Below, piece after piece: positions 22,595-36,821 of a stretch of DNA of 64,000 nt. The stretch covers positions 8,060,001-8,124,000 of the forward strand of contig OU015566.1 in assembly GCA_907165135.1 (NCBI GenBank). The letters are read 5' to 3'. Every line of letters begins with the position of its first letter. Position 1 is the stretch's first letter. Made by a program: the position numbers and the translations under genes. Under the pieces are notes generated by a model that saw only the letters and a program-made list of their open reading frames with translations, was not told the DNA's origin and made no database searches. Origin of the DNA: Oikopleura dioica (lineage: Eukaryota; Animalia; Chordata).

Positions 22595-25119
22595 CTATTT
22601 TCGGCCATTTTGCTTTCCTTTTGGATTCTTTCTGGCTCCGTTTTTAGGTGGTACGCCACAGTCGGTTCTTGAGAATCGCATCTCCTTGAACTTTGCGTTC
22701 CAGGCGCATCGTGAGATGGGTTTGGTCTTTCGGCCGGGACAGGTTAGCTTGCAGGTTTTTCCGGGACTTGTGATGTCTAAAAGCAAGTTAAATTTAAGTT
22801 TGTATTCGAGTTTTCACCTCCAGAGCATGAATGATCAGCTTTGATATCATCATTGAAGCATCCCATTGGACACATTCCACCGGGGAAAATGTCCATAGGC
22901 CTCACTGGCGTCTTGCTTCCGGCTTTGTACCATTTGCACGGATTTGTGGTTTGCTTATCACGGGGTCACAACTCACATTCGAAATGACATCCTCTATTTT
23001 TAGCTAATCTAGTTTTTATATCCTGTCTTACGTATTCGATCCTTATATCTTAGTTTAACTTAGAAGTCTACAAGTTTTTGACCCATTCACGAAGCGAGCA
23101 TCTCTGCAAGTGAGCTAAATTTGTTCGATCTGGAGCAAGAGCATTGAACGCCAGGAATTGAGAACGGCTTTCGTGGGTAATCCTTGCAGCTGAACTTGCA
23201 CTGGGCTCCGTTGAGAACTGTCTCTCCGAAACGACCCTGGTTTGAAGAAGAGTCTGATGGCTTCAGATGACGATTTTTCGCTTGAAGAAAAGTAAAGATT
23301 GTGATACTATCAATCGTATTTACCTGTAAACTTGCACATTGAAGCATGAATTCCGAGTCGATCTAATTCTCCTAGATCGCAGTAGTCTCTTGTGCCAACC
23401 CAGCTTCCAGATGAAGAAGGAGACTGTGTCGTTGTTACTTTTCTTGGCGCCTCAGTGGTCGTCGTTGTTTTTGGCAACGTAACTGCTAACGGCGCGAATG
23501 AGTAGAGTGGTCGTTTGGTTGTTGCTACTGGAGGAGGGCTGGTGAGAGTTTCAAGTCTGCGAGGAATCCAGAACTCGCGGAAGCTGTCGACGAATTTGAA
23601 ATAATGGAATGCAGTTTTTTGGATGTCTTTCGGATCTTGCTTGTTGACAAGAGCAACTTTTCCAGGTGGCCAGGCAGCATCAGACCAGAAGTTCGAGTCC
23701 CACCAAGCCATCATCCAATCATTCGATTTTTTCGTTGTGCCTAAATGTCGTTAGAATTGTCGTTTATGAACAACTTCTCACCAATGGTGAAGCCCTTAGG
23801 ACGCGAACTTTCATGACCCAATGTCAGAAGATTGTACGCCTGTCCTCCCTTCATAATTGTCAACTCGCTGAGACAGAGAGCATCAGTTGACTCGAATTTT
23901 CCTTCGACACTTTTGATGTCTTCAATGTCAAAATCAACTGCTCCGAAGTCGTCTTCGATCGGTAGACCCTTGTTTTCGATGCCTCTGCTCAGAGTAAAAC
24001 TCTTTGAGAATCCGTCTCCATTGATTTTGATCTCCAATCTTCCCATCGAATGAGCATTGGAAACGAGGCCAGAAAATCCGTCAGGACAGAGTCGTTGGCG
24101 AACTCGAAAGTTGGATGATACGTCTGTAAAGATCAAATCTGTCGGTCGCCACTAAAAATGGTTAGTGAGCTGTCTTGGGTCGGTTTTTACCTCGTTGCTC
24201 ATGAAGCACTCTCTGGAGATCCAAGTTGGAAAATTGGTCGGATCATGAAGCACGCCGTAATCGGCTTTGAACTGGCAGAAGGCGGTGTCCTAAAGTCCCA
24301 ATGAGATTTTGAGCTCTTGCTTCTTGTAGAGATGATACTTGTTTTGCGTCAATCGGAAACACCTACCTTTGCAATATTTTCCTTGCTCGTTATTCTCCAC
24401 GATTTGTTCATACTGTAGTACGCAAGGAAAAGCGGCTCGGACTCGTGTTTGTACACAGGGTGATCGTCGGTAAAACGAGTTGCGATATTTTTCTGGGTGT
24501 ACTTTTTGTAGACGCCCATGACGGGAAATTTAACCCTATTAGCGTCAAACTTGCGCGGCGTGAACGATCCATAAAGTAACACGGAGTCCGGGTAGCTCGA
24601 TGGCCGAGCTTGGCCCGTAACGGCACCGGTGGTGTGGGCTAAGCCAGATGAGCCGGAAGTTGAAAGTCTGAAATTAAGGATTTGAAAAAATTTCTTTTTT
24701 CTTCGCATTTATTGCTGAAATAAGCCCTTTTAGTATGCTAGTTCATATCATGTCATGTCAAGTACAAAAACAAGAGTCAGCTGTTCATGACTCCATGAAT
24801 TCGAGAGCACGGTCCTCAAAACTGCATGTTCTTGCAGCGAATTTTTACCTTGACAGAAGAGTTTTAGCCTCTTTGTAATTCATGTCTGGGCATTTTGGAA
24901 GGTTAGTTAGCTTTCCATCGACACAGGAAATGTCCATGCCGATTTCTTTCGTCTTTGCACAAACTGCTCTTCGGCATTTCGCTCCATCAAAGATTTCTTT
25001 TCCATTGTCACCGACGAGGGAGAGGCCTTCCGGACTTTTGGTGTGGTCAGAAATTATTCAAATGAACTCATACTCACACGGTTCTTGAATGGGATAATAA
25101 AGAAAATCGCAAAAAGAAT
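22595..25119 (-). CDS. Multi-exon Cys-rich, probably extracellular protein (sushi-like modules, PLAT-like segment, Thr/Pro linker); 5' end unresolved
   Basis: ORF fragments 24349-24708, 23741-24136, 23310-23714, 23087-23347 and 22595-22786, plus exon CDFLYYPIQEPPEGLSLVG...ISCVDGKLTNLPKC, are separated by short GT-AG introns. Domain names are inference. Confidence 0.7.
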
Positions 25120-25789
25120 CTAGCAAGTTTGTGTTGCGGCTAAACTAAAAACTGACGTAAGGAGCAAGCTATCGTTTATCGCGCAACAAATTCCTAACAA
25201 GGTTAGTCGGTGCTAGAAAAGTAGATATCAAAAATATCCGCTAAAGAAAGGCTTCACGCTTTTCTTCGTTTCTGGTGGAAATGGGCGTGAAACGGACAAA
25301 GTTCACAGGACAATACGATGATATGTTTAGAAGACGTTAAGTTTCTTCTGCGAGAAGTTAGCGCGCGCGGTACTGGATTCAAATCGGTTGCCCTTTGGTG
25401 AATAAGGGTAACGTTCGTGACACACATTGCATGCATTACTGGTAGGCGGTCTAGCCGCGCACTGGTTAAGTTTATGCAATTTCAACTTCAAGGCGAGAAT
25501 TAGAGGATTCTCAAAATCGAGCATTGAAAAAATTTTTCTACAATATTTAACTTCGTCTTGGAACCGTTTCAAAATCACTATCGTCCTTGAAATTTCACTC
25601 CCTAATAAAGAACCAGCTCATTTTACGGTCGCGTAACAAATTAAAATGGCCATTATTTCAACAACCCAATTTTAAGCATATGCCTCTAAACTTGTCCCGT
25701 CCCTCTGAATTGTCTCGCAATTTTTGGGAAAATTTCACGCCTCCAATCGCCTTTTAACGCTTATAGAACGTGTTCTAACCATTTCCTTT

Positions 25790-25886
25790 TGACTTGGCAG
25801 CCGTAGAAGCGCAGATTTCCTTGGTATTTTTGTATGTTACAGTCTTGAGCCAAGCTCAAACTGTAGAATAGCGGGAGGAGCTTCAT
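25790..25886 (-). CDS. Candidate signal-peptide first exon (of the gene above or of a small Cys-rich gene at 25327-25580)
   Basis: ATG at 25886: MKLLPLFYSLSLAQDCNIQKYQGNLRFYGCQVKRK, followed by GTTAG. Confidence 0.35.
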
Positions 25887-27642
25887 CTTTCTCTATTTTA
25901 TCTTCTGTTCTTTTTTTTTCGGTGGTCTTTTTCAGTCACCGGGAAAAGTCGAATCAGCGCGGGCCGATTTTTCAGGCCCTAAATATACGGAAAAATATAA
26001 GAAAGATCTTTTTTAAGTAAGTAAGGATGACCAGTGGGTTGTCGACGGATCGTTTTCATGATGGTCGTACTGGCGCCACCTCCTCGGCGCGGCGCGCAAC
26101 TCGCGCCACGTTATCCAACGCTGGTACCAAAATAATCCAAATCCATTTTATCTGATGCCAGGACAGGACAATGAGACAATCAGAATCATCCCAGAGGGGA
26201 ACCAGGGTTAGCTCACTTTCCAAAAAGACAAGTCAGACTTAGTGAGCGGTTTTAGATGCTATCAGTTTCAATTTTCATGTAGATGTCCAAGTCAGGAAAA
26301 TGCTCTCTAATTTTTTAGATGTGCAGAAAGTACATAACCTGGAAGGATTATTTTCCGGGGAAAGATTCTAGTAAAGCTTACGCCATGAAAAATTCTTAAC
26401 GTTTATTTGAACTTTTTCCCCTGTTTTTTTTTCATCGCTGGTAGAGTGGCAATTTTCGAGCAAGCTGGGCGAGTGATTATTCTAGCTTATACGCTCAACA
26501 TAACAATTATTCTACCCGCTGACCTTGGGCCTTGCACTAATAAGTTAAATTGGATTAGATCAACTAAGCAACGTGTAGTGCGCTGGCAAATGGTTAACGA
26601 AAGCCTCTTTCGGTGTGCGAATCCCTTTTCATCACAGTCCAAGAAGCGCGCGAAATTCTATTTCACCAAAACCAAAATTTGGTAAAGTTTCGTAGTTCGT
26701 CTAAAATCGCATATCCGGTCACCAGGGCAAGCCTTAACGGTCTCTTCTTTAGATACTTTTACGGTCACTAGAATGGTACACCTATCATCTTCTACGTCGC
26801 CTGATGAGATCAATTCTAACATTCCCGATCCCAAAATAAAGATCAAAGAAACTACGAGAAAGTTTATTTACAGAGAAAAGTTCATCCAGCATCATAAATG
26901 GTTGAGGCGACCCTAAAACATTATTGTCAAAACGTCGCGGAATTACATGAATCGTATCCAGAAAGTTTGTTCCACCGTAAACATTCGCGCGATTTTACCA
27001 AAAACACTCGTGGCTCACCCCAACTGAGTCTTGGTACATCTACGTTTTTCTATTTTAGAGCTTAGGAGCTTAGGTACTTGGCTTATAGATTTTTAACTAT
27101 TGGACGGTTAACCTTGAAGGTTATTTTCTACTAGAACGATTAGCGCTAGAGTTCATCTCCGAAGAAAAAACTGAACTTTACTTCTCAATAATCCAAAGTG
27201 GCGAATTTAAAGTTCAGCGTGTTTTTGACTGAGCCGACAGAAATGGACAAAAAGAATTTTGGCCGCGGTGGTGGATCAAGTGGTTAATTAGCCGAGGACC
27301 GGTAGACGGCGCTTTCTACACTTATTTAAATCATAGCTTGCTCATTTGTTAGACGGTTCTGGAAATGGCTAATTGTGGGAATAGCAAGAGCATGTTTTAA
27401 TTATGTGACGGATCTTGGGCTTTTCTTAGATCTGGATAAAAATCTGCACCAAGTAGACTTTCTGAAGGGATGTCCTTAAAACTAAAGTTTACGATCTAAA
27501 AGTCCGTTTTCTGCATCTAAAACAGCAAATCGGTAATTGAATTAAGATTTTTTGAGCTTAACATCTTAACTAAAAAGATCAACCTTTTTCCTTTCCGCGC
27601 CAACACCTTTTCTACCGTTTTAAAAAATTGCATGAACTTGTT

Positions 27643-28640
27643 CTATCTTGTTATTCTACGTTCGGCAAGATCCCGTTGCTAAGTAAATCTCCTCTGTCGG
27701 CGGAGATTGTAGCTCACCTTCTGCGAAAGACGTTTTTTACAACATGATCTAAGAATTTGGGTGACGGCGGCCATCATCGCCACTGAAAAAATGGAATTTC
27801 GGAAAGATTAGATTTTGGGGAAAAGTACCAATGGCCATTAAGGAGACCGCAGTAATGTTGAAGATGGAGCAGGCGAATGCAAAGTGGTCATTGAGGTAGA
27901 ATGGCGTTAGAGCTGTTTTTCGACTTTCTGACGTGTCGGCTGTGATGGAATCTGGAACGACTATTAAGGGTAGCCGGGCTGTGATCACTTTGCCAGTGAT
28001 ACTTACTTTTCGGACTATCGTAGTAATGCAACTCGCGGAAAAACATTACAGGAACGACTTCAGTGGGTTCACAATGATGTTGGATTAAAATAATGGCGGT
28101 AACGAAGGATGTGTTGTGGGTACCCTTAATCCTAGCAGACACATCATTGCTGCGAGCGCGGCGAAAGTTATGTGACACATAATTAAAAGTGGGAAATCGT
28201 TGATCATGCTTGAATCTTTGTTTCTGGCGATGAGAGCGGATATCCCTAAAATGGACTGAGAGCTAAATCAGACTTAGACTCTACCTGATATGAGCGCTAG
28301 CAGACCTCCCCATAAGGCCTGACAAAGAAGATCTGACTTGAAATGACTGAAGGGTATTCCTGCCCAATAAAGTCCTTTCTTTTGAGTTTACCAGCTCAAT
28401 TCTTGAGGTTAATTTAGTTTCACGTTCGATCAAACTAGAACTCTTCCTAATAATGATGCTTGGGTGAGAATTACGATCACTGCGAGTATCGTTAGGAGCT
28501 AGAAATTTCGTTAGAGACCAGCAGTTTATAATCAAGCGAACTTACCCAAGGAGTGAGCGAAGATTCAGGCGCAACAAGGCTTGATGAAGTCACGAAAAAA
28601 TTAATGAAAATGACAAAATCAAGAAACAACAAAGAGTGAC
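27643..28640 (-). CDS. Multi-exon membrane protein of unknown family; structure uncertain
   Basis: ORF pieces 28281-28535, 27888-28178 and 27749-27988 can be joined by short GT-AG introns, giving a C-terminal helix FAFACSIFNITAVSLMAIVAMMAAVTQILRSCCKKR. Start codon not found. Confidence 0.4.
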
Positions 28641-29475
28641 CAAAGTTTCCTGATATGTGTTTGGACAGAAAACTGTCGCTGGAAAGGTGCTCCGCCAGCT
28701 CCACCAAAGCTCACTCCGCCCATTGACGTCATCGAGACTAAAAAGAACACGATGTTATCGTTGGTGTATTTTTTGTTAGTTGCAACATGCAGCTATTTTT
28801 TGAAATAAATTCCAAAGTGACAAAGTCCAACCTTATTTTGAACGTCTAAATGGGTGACTTTGAAGCTTGAATTTGATATATACAAGACTATTGATCAAAT
28901 AGTCTTACGAAACAAGGAATATCAATTAGGCATTGTTTTGATCAGCCTGATTCTTGTAGTGCAAATAGAAAACGTGCATGAATTTGCCTTGATTTACAAA
29001 AGTGCATGGCACTAGAAAAAATTGTTTTCGTTCGAAAAAATTTAATTTCGGAATTCACTAACTGCCGCTTTTCACCTTGTACTTAGCATAGTTTGACTCG
29101 AGAAAAATCCCAGATCGTCTTGTGATGCATAAAGTGTTGTAAAATGCAATGAGGAGGGCAGAATTTCCGCTGGATCCTATTGATCACGTTATTCGCCGAC
29201 TGATTGTCCGCGGGAAAGAGAACAAGGTTTTTACTGCTGAACTCGTAATGAATTTCGCCCAGGTTTGAGACAAAAATTAAGGGTGCGAATGCAATCCTAG
29301 GTAATTATAGCTGTTAGCGCAAGAAAAAATGACACTTTATCTTAGATATGCGATCACTAAATGTTTGCTTTTTTAGATTTATTCTGACAAAAGCAAATTG
29401 TTATTTTTTGATGTGGCCTCCGCATTTCGCGAGAAATTTAAAGCAGAAATAAGATATTGCTATATTACAGAGGAC

Positions 29476-30464
29476 ATGAAAACCCTTTGCACGTCCGTTT
29501 CATTGAATCCTCACTGTGTCATTGACTTCGGTTCTTTCGGAAAGTGCCACTCATGTGATCAGTAATAGAATCTTTGCCAATAAAAGTACTTTATGTGTCA
29601 ATTAAGGGCACCTGAGTCGACTGCACTGTCGGAGGGGAAGCGATATTGTAATTCCTGTTTCAGGAATACTCATAAGAAAGGCCGAGAAGCTACCTTTGTT
29701 CTCTCCGATGCAAAATTCAGATGTCCTTCTGGGGATGGAAACAGATGCAATAACCGACAACTCTCGTTCCTGGAGTTTTTTGTTGGATCTTGCTGTAAAA
29801 ATGCTTCTCTATGGAATCAAACCTCAAGTAAGATTCTAACGGCGAATGTGACAACTTAACCACGAAAATTACCAGTCTATCATCTACTATCTTCTTGCAG
29901 ATACTTTTAGAGGCTTTTCAGATAAATTTTTAGTTAATTATGGAATATTTCTGATGGTCCAGAAGGCATACGAAAGTGCCAAAAGAGAGGAATATTCCGC
30001 TGAAGCTGAAGTAGATAATTCAGAAAAGATGCTAGAGAAAGCTGAATTAGCCCTTAAAAATGCAGAAAAAGCGCTCAATGATTCGAAAGAGAGCCTCGAT
30101 AAAAAGAAACAGTGGACCAAAAAGGTTCATGAAAGGTTTTCATATCTTGTCAGTCATATTATAAAAGAAGAAAACGATGAATCAGGTTACTTGCATCTTA
30201 TTGTTATTTAATTTAATTAAATTATGATTATGACATTCAAAACTGCAATCTTCAGACGATAAAAAGGAAGAAGAGGAAAAGCAAGAAAATGATAAAAGCT
30301 CTTGCAGAGTCTGTTTTGAAAATTACGACGAAGATCATCCCGAGGCGGCAATTTTTCCCTGTGGTCATCGAGCATGTTTCAACTGCCTCTCTTCCCTTTC
30401 GGAGAAGACATGCCCAACCTGCCGAGCTGAGTTCACTGCCGACAAAATCATGAAAATCTATTAG
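29476..30464 (+). CDS. Zinc-finger / coiled-coil / C-terminal RING (C3HC4) protein, probable E3 ligase
   Basis: N-terminal CHSCD...YCNSCF, then coiled coil (ORF 29954-30211), then last exon 30256-30464 CRVCFENYDEDHPEAAIFPCGHRACFNCLSSLSEKTCPTCR. Phase-compatible GT-AG introns. Confidence 0.85.
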
Positions 30465-31304
30465 CCTCTGCCTCCCCGTCCAACCAGCCTTTTCTAGTTG
30501 ACAATGTCTGAGCGATATTTTTAGGGCAATATACCACTGACAGAACCTGTCAACAGTTTTCTTTCAAAAATCTACAGTAATAAACTAGTTTACAAAAGCT
30601 CGAAGCGTTTTCATGCAGTTCAGGTTAGGTCAATTTTACGGAATGAAAATTTATACAGTCAATTCGCACATCATGAATTACTTTACTTGTCACCAAATCA
30701 GGAAACCTTTACTTACCCATAGAAGCTCTTCTCATACTGCTGAAACTTGTCTGGCGTGGGAATGAAGAATTGCTTAGAAACTTTTTAATTCAACCACTTC
30801 TCATAAAATTTTAGGATTTGAGACCGTATTCATTCTCTTTCAGTTTATATTCTCTAAAATATTTATTGACTGTTTTCTCGAAAAAATGCGAAAATGACGA
30901 GACATCTCATGACGATTGCGCATGACGGGGATCCTCGAGGGATAAAATTATAGCGTGTTGACGGATCACAGTTAATTAACCCTCTTAGACAATTAACCGT
31001 ATTTCCTCAGAGAAATTAATGACTAACGATTCGGGGCCTTTCTAACCTGAATGTTCTGTGCTCTTCCTTGAGTCCCCTTTCATCCTTTTTCTCCCTCCGT
31101 AAAACTGGTTCTTCTTCAAAATCTTCATGAATTTCCTCTAGCGTAAGGCCAAGGTCCTTCATTGTTTCGCGAAAAAGGAACTCTTTGAACTGGAAATAGT
31201 GTGACTCAAATCTGCATAAAGAAAACTGTAGCACGGGTCTCAAGATTTATTGCTCGTGAAAGGATTCGCAGGGATGATAACTACAAGGTAGAAGAAAGCT
31301 AAAA

Positions 31305-32284
31305 CTACAAAAACGAGGAAAGGTATAAAGCGAGAGGGATCAATAAAGTTGTACTTTTGGGAAGAGATTGACATCCGCTTGTTGTCGTGTCCAGAGACTC
31401 AGTTGTTGTTTGAATTGGCGCAGCTGTAGCTGGAATCGCTTCTGAGAAGAATATAAATGACGGAAAAAAGAATGATACTATCGAAATAGCATGATAACTT
31501 ACTCGTTGTAGCAGCGGTTTTTGCTGTTGTTATAATCGTGGCTTCAGTTGTTGTCTTATAAAAGATTTCATAAATCCATAAATAGATGCGTTTGTATTTT
31601 TCTTACCGGAATTGTGATTTCATCATTTTCGGTTGCCGCATAGTTTGCCTCAATGGGCACTACCTGGGTGATTTCCTCACTTCCCTCGGCGACCGCGGGT
31701 GTACTCGTCCCGGAAATTCCTAAACACGGGTTCCACAAATGAACGCGATCTTATCTCTTCTCCAAATCGAGCAAAAATACTAATCAAGGACAAGCTGACT
31801 CAGCTTTCCAAAGCGCAACTGATGATGCAATCAATTTTAAATAAACTACCATTTGCTACAGATGTTGTTGTCTCCGCAGTTGTTGTTACTGTTGTCAGTG
31901 TTGTTAGTAATGTCGTTGTTGGATCAGTAGTTGTTGTTAAGAACCCGAAAACGCTATTAAACGGGTCGTATGTTTGAGCTAAAGAGTTATTTGTCTCTTG
32001 AACGTTGTTAGTTCTCAAGTTGCAGAAATCTGTTAAAGAGATGCTTACCAGTTGTAATAATTCGTGTAGTATCAACATTATTTGCCACCGTGGTTTCTAA
32101 CGTCGCATTTGTCGTGGGATCTTACACGAGTTCAAGGCTTGTTTAGAACAAGTTCTTATTAACAAGGTCCAGGGTAGACCTTCTAAATAAACTTCTGTAG
32201 CAATCTCTTGAACTCTTTAGCTATTCCTGTTTCTACAGGTGTTTGTCCTTGGACAGCGAGAATGAACACGATGGAAAATTTCAT
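31305..32284 (-). CDS. Mucin-like Thr-rich, probably GPI-anchored surface protein
   Basis: Signal-like MKFSIVFILAVQG, Thr-rich exons (TTTTDPTTTLLTTLTTVTTTAETTT; TTTEATIITTAKTAATT) and hydrophobic terminus SGCQSLPKSTTLLIPLALYLSSFL*. Needs a 1-nt shift near 32217. Confidence 0.7.
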
Positions 32285-35200
32285 CTCAGTTTCTCTTATT
32301 CTTCTTTTTTAGCCTGGCGAAGATTTGGCTTTGCGATTGTGCGTTGAGAAAATTATGGTTTGAAATATTAACCGTCTGGGCATATTTCCTGCATCTTGAA
32401 TGGGGCCTATTCATTTGGCCCATGCATGCTTTGGCAACTGACGTCTGGGAAACAGATTCAAAGACGAGCGTGCTCAAAAGTATCAAATTATCATTTTTCT
32501 ATAAAAAGAAAAATAATCAATATAAGCAATTTAATCCTCCTTGTTGGCAAAAAATCAACTCAAAATTTTTTTCCTGAGTTTTCTTTGGGAAGTTCATCTT
32601 GTCTACTCGTCAAAGGCAAAAATGCCTAGATCTTTGGGTAAAAGTGACCGCAGAAAAACGAATCATAAACGCGCGGACACTGTTTATCAATCCGGAATAG
32701 GGATGCTCTCAATAATAAGCGCCAATTAAGGAGACCCGTCGATGTCAAAATGCCGCGTGGCGGAAAAGAAAATAGATAAGAAAGTCTGACGGTCAGACTC
32801 TGACCTTCCGATTCTTCAAACCACTAGAATTTCTGCGTTGGAAAAATGTACAAACATATTTGATCAATAATTGGTTCCACTAAAATGAGTTTTTTCTAGG
32901 CCACTTTTTATCATGCGAAAAATACTATATCAACCAAAAAGTAAGAAAATTTTAAGCGACGGTTCAATGAGAAGATTTGACGTCAAGTTATTTTACGCGT
33001 CTGCTTGCACAAACTAAACTCAAGAGCCCAAGGATTATGTTCAAACAATGACAAGTTTTGTGACTGATCGCTCTTTCTGGAGTTTTTTTATTTCTCCAAC
33101 TGCGAAAAAATGCATCCTTTTACGACGAGCAAAGAATAAAAGACAACCCACAACTAAATTGAAATACAGTCAAACAAAGAGAGAATAAAAGAAACAGGCT
33201 TATTTATTGGTACATTCAAGTTTAACAGGTTTAAAACAAATATTCTTAAATTTCTCGGTTCATCTAAAATCTCATGATAATCTTTCTGAGTCTGAAACCC
33301 GCTCCCCCTCTCCAGGAGGTCTGCAACCATCCTCCGAGGGGGGTCTAGAGCTCCTTTTCAGTCAAATAAAATACTCATAGTAGTCGGTTCAAGTGCTTTG
33401 GACAATGTTTGTCCAGTTCGCTCACTTTAATTCTATTATACTACTAGGGGCGCGATAGAAGAGCAGAAATAGAAGATTCGATAGAGAAGAATTTCATCAC
33501 GCAAAGTCAAACAATCGAACAAATTAGTGGAAAGACGGATGTTTGAATGGAACGTGCGAATTTGAACTTCGACAAAGGTGAATTGTGAGTATTTGACTTT
33601 AATTCGGTAAATGATCTGTTGATTGCGCCATTTGAAATCAAGGAAGAGAGCTTTTTTTTCAGATTTTTTTTTTGGAAAATTTCCAAAATACACTTTTTTA
33701 AAGAAATTTTAACAGGGCTAAGGATAGGCAGAAATTGATACCGTCAAAATAACTTGCTCCCTATCTTCCTTTTTTTATTCCCCGTTGCTAAGTGAAATCA
33801 GTCGGTAAGTAAATCAATGCTGTAAATAGTCTTTTTTGATAGTTCCATTATGAGCATCTCCTTTTTAAATAATAGATCGTGTAATCTTTTCTTTTGAAAC
33901 TTCGTATCTTTGTCCAGCCGTTCCAGAACCCAGCATAGCTCGCCCGTGAGTTAGAGATTTTCTAGCAATGCGAGACCTTCTAGCAGTATAATCTCGGTCC
34001 ACTCAACTAGCACTGGGCACACACTCAAATCAGGTTACGAGCATTTTTTTTCAAGAGGCCCTTTCGCGCTACTACTCAGAGGGAATCAATGCCCAATTCT
34101 CCGGGTATTTTCTCCTTATCCAAACTTCCAGAGACAAAGAAATTGTAATTTTTCCAATAAAAAAGGCCTCACTTTATAAACATACTTATATTTTCTAAAC
34201 AATATTCTTTGGTTCCAGCTCGTTAAGCACACAAGCGATTAAGAAGGAAGATAGGCTACTTTTATAGAGAGAGTTCCATGTTTTAGTCACGGTTCGCTGC
34301 TGTCCGATTAAATATTTCTACGCTTAGAGTGGCCATAAAGTACTCCATTCAATAAAAAAAGAGATATTAAAACAATTTTACTAGCTAATAAAACTTCTAA
34401 TACATCTGAATGTCAATCAATCATTTAGAAATTTTTGTTCAGATTCTTGGGCCATATTTTTTGAAGAGGAAAAATGTGTTGTTTGTCGTAAAGGGTTAAA
34501 ATTAAACTTGAGTCGTTGGTGTCCAATTTACATTTGAGAAAATTGGTATCAATTTGATAAAAGTGTTCCCTAGTTCCCGCGACAGGCAACTGCCCTGTTC
34601 AAACCAAACAGAATCACGGCGATCAGAGAATGAATAAAATACTATAAAGAAGAGAAAAGAGCAAATGTTAAAATGAGAATCCGAGCTTTAGGAGTAGTGA
34701 TACGTTTTTACGCGTCCGTTTCCTGCTCGTACAATATTTCGCGATAGTATTCTTGGCCTTGCCCGAGGTCTCTCAATTTTGGTTAAATGGTCCCTTTTAG
34801 AGGTGACACCCCAGCACCGCCACCACCTTGAATATGGCCTCCAAGGCCATTGGCTGGAGCAATTTGGAGCGCGAAAAATTTCCTTCCCTAACATGTTGTT
34901 TTGATATTTATGCATGGGTACGCATGCAGTTAGGCTATTATAAACTCATCCAAGATACGCAGCTCGAGTATGGTGGAGGTGGTGCTGTCCACTGTACTAA
35001 GGCTCTTGATAAGCCGGGCGCGGGGTGGGTGCAGTGGCGCTCCCTCAAGGCCGATCGGGACAAGAGATTCCAGAGCACCGCGCGCCATTTGGTGCAATTC
35101 AAAATGTCACGTGGTACCGCAAGTAGAGAGAATATAAAAAAAACGAAGGATTTTGATTTTGATGAATCGACACTTTATTTCTGTTTTAGCCATAAATAAT

Positions 35201-35306
35201 TATATTTTTTTAATGCAGAACTATGAATGCATAACTATAAGCATCTAATTAATCTTGAGCTGTTGATAATAATATCCTTTTCAATTTTATTTTTCAGACA
35301 TAGAAA

Positions 35307-36821
35307 ATGAGTGCCTACGGGTTAATCGACCAGTATGCTAAAAAGATACAGAAGTATTCAACTCCTATTTCTCATGCTTGGTAAGTGCCTTACTTTTCTG
35401 CTCTTTTCTTATCATTTTTGCAAGGTGGACAGTCAATTTCGTCCTCCGTATGTTCATCGTGACCACGATCGGTAACGCCGTTTATGGCGATGAACAGGGC
35501 GTCTTCCGATGCGATACCAGCCAGCCAGGTTGCAACCAAATGTGCTTCAATAGATTTTCTCCGATAAACCATCCGCGTTTCTGGGGCTTCCAGGTAAGAA
35601 GTTATTCTCTTTGTTGATTTCAATGTTTCATTAGATCCTTTTCTGCTGCCTTCCTTCTGTTATTTTCATCTTTATCACCGCCAACCAAGAAGCCCAGATG
35701 AAGAAGATCGAAACGTAAGAACCCTAACTCTTTAAATTTTTACAAATTTCTGTAGCCAAGAGAAAGAAATCAAGGAGAAATACACCGAGTCCGACTACAC
35801 CTCTACCACCGAGTACACCAAGATCGACAAGAAAAAGAAGAGGCTCGGACTTGAGAAGAAGAAAGTCAAGACCGTAAGATAATCCGTCCTTCTTCTGTTT
35901 CTCAATGTTATCTAGACCACTGATATTACCGGCATGACCCAAGTCATCTGGACCCCACGAATCCGAATGTGGTACGTTGCTCACCTCATCGCCAAGTTCG
36001 TTCTCGAAATCATCTTCATCTACCTTTACTACCTTCTCCAGAAACAACAGTCCAAGCAGGTAAGATTTTCGCATTGATTTCATGCGTAATGCTTTCTAGT
36101 CTGGTTTTGCCGCCTGGTATGTCCCAGAAAAGTACGTCTGCACTCATGGTGGAGAAATGGATAACTTTGCTTGCTCCCAGAACGCTGAAATCCCCTGCTG
36201 GGTCTCCCGACCATGGGAAAAGATGATGATGATGGTATGAAGTCAACTCTCATTAACCCCTTGTAATTCAATTTTTTAGTGGTACATGCTCTCCATCTCC
36301 GTTCTCTCAGCTGTCCTCGCCCTCGTCGAACTCGTCTGGGTCCTTACTCGAATCTCCGTCAAGGCCAAGAAAGTCCGACGTCAGCGAAAGCTCGAAAAGA
36401 AATCCCTCCTCTCGTAAGTTTGCGAATATTTATATCAATATTATCTTTTCATTATTTTTGCAGGAATAAACGGACCTCACTTGCAAGCCAGCAGGGTGAT
36501 GTTTATCGCTCTGTGAGCTTAAGGTCGGGGTCTTATGTTAATTCGGGGTAAGAGTAAAAAACATTGCATGATTACGAATCATTGGTTCGGTAAAATAACT
36601 TGGATTCCAAGTTTTAAAGTTCATTCTTTGAAAACACATTTGATCCTTTTTGATTAAAAAATCGATTCTGCTAATGATGATTATAATTAATTCTAATTCC
36701 AGTTTATTAATTATAAAAGTCCTCTTTTATTTATCATTAAAATTTTAGCCCTGCCGCCCCTCTCTTGAATGGAGAATCCGGTGACATCGTCAAGGAGGTC
36801 GATGAGACCAAGGAAGCATAA
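35307..36821 (+). CDS. Connexin (gap-junction protein)
   Basis: Extracellular loop 1 VYGDEQGVFRCDTSQPGCNQMCFNRFSP and loop 2 YVCTHGG...ACSQNAEIPCWVSRPWEK, both with the three-Cys connexin pattern. Four TM segments and many short GT-AG introns. Confidence 0.93.

Noticed and set aside
33240-33400. LLERGSGF motif reminiscent of Polinton-associated proteins
   Set aside because: Too short, with no flanking polymerase or integrase remnants recognisable.
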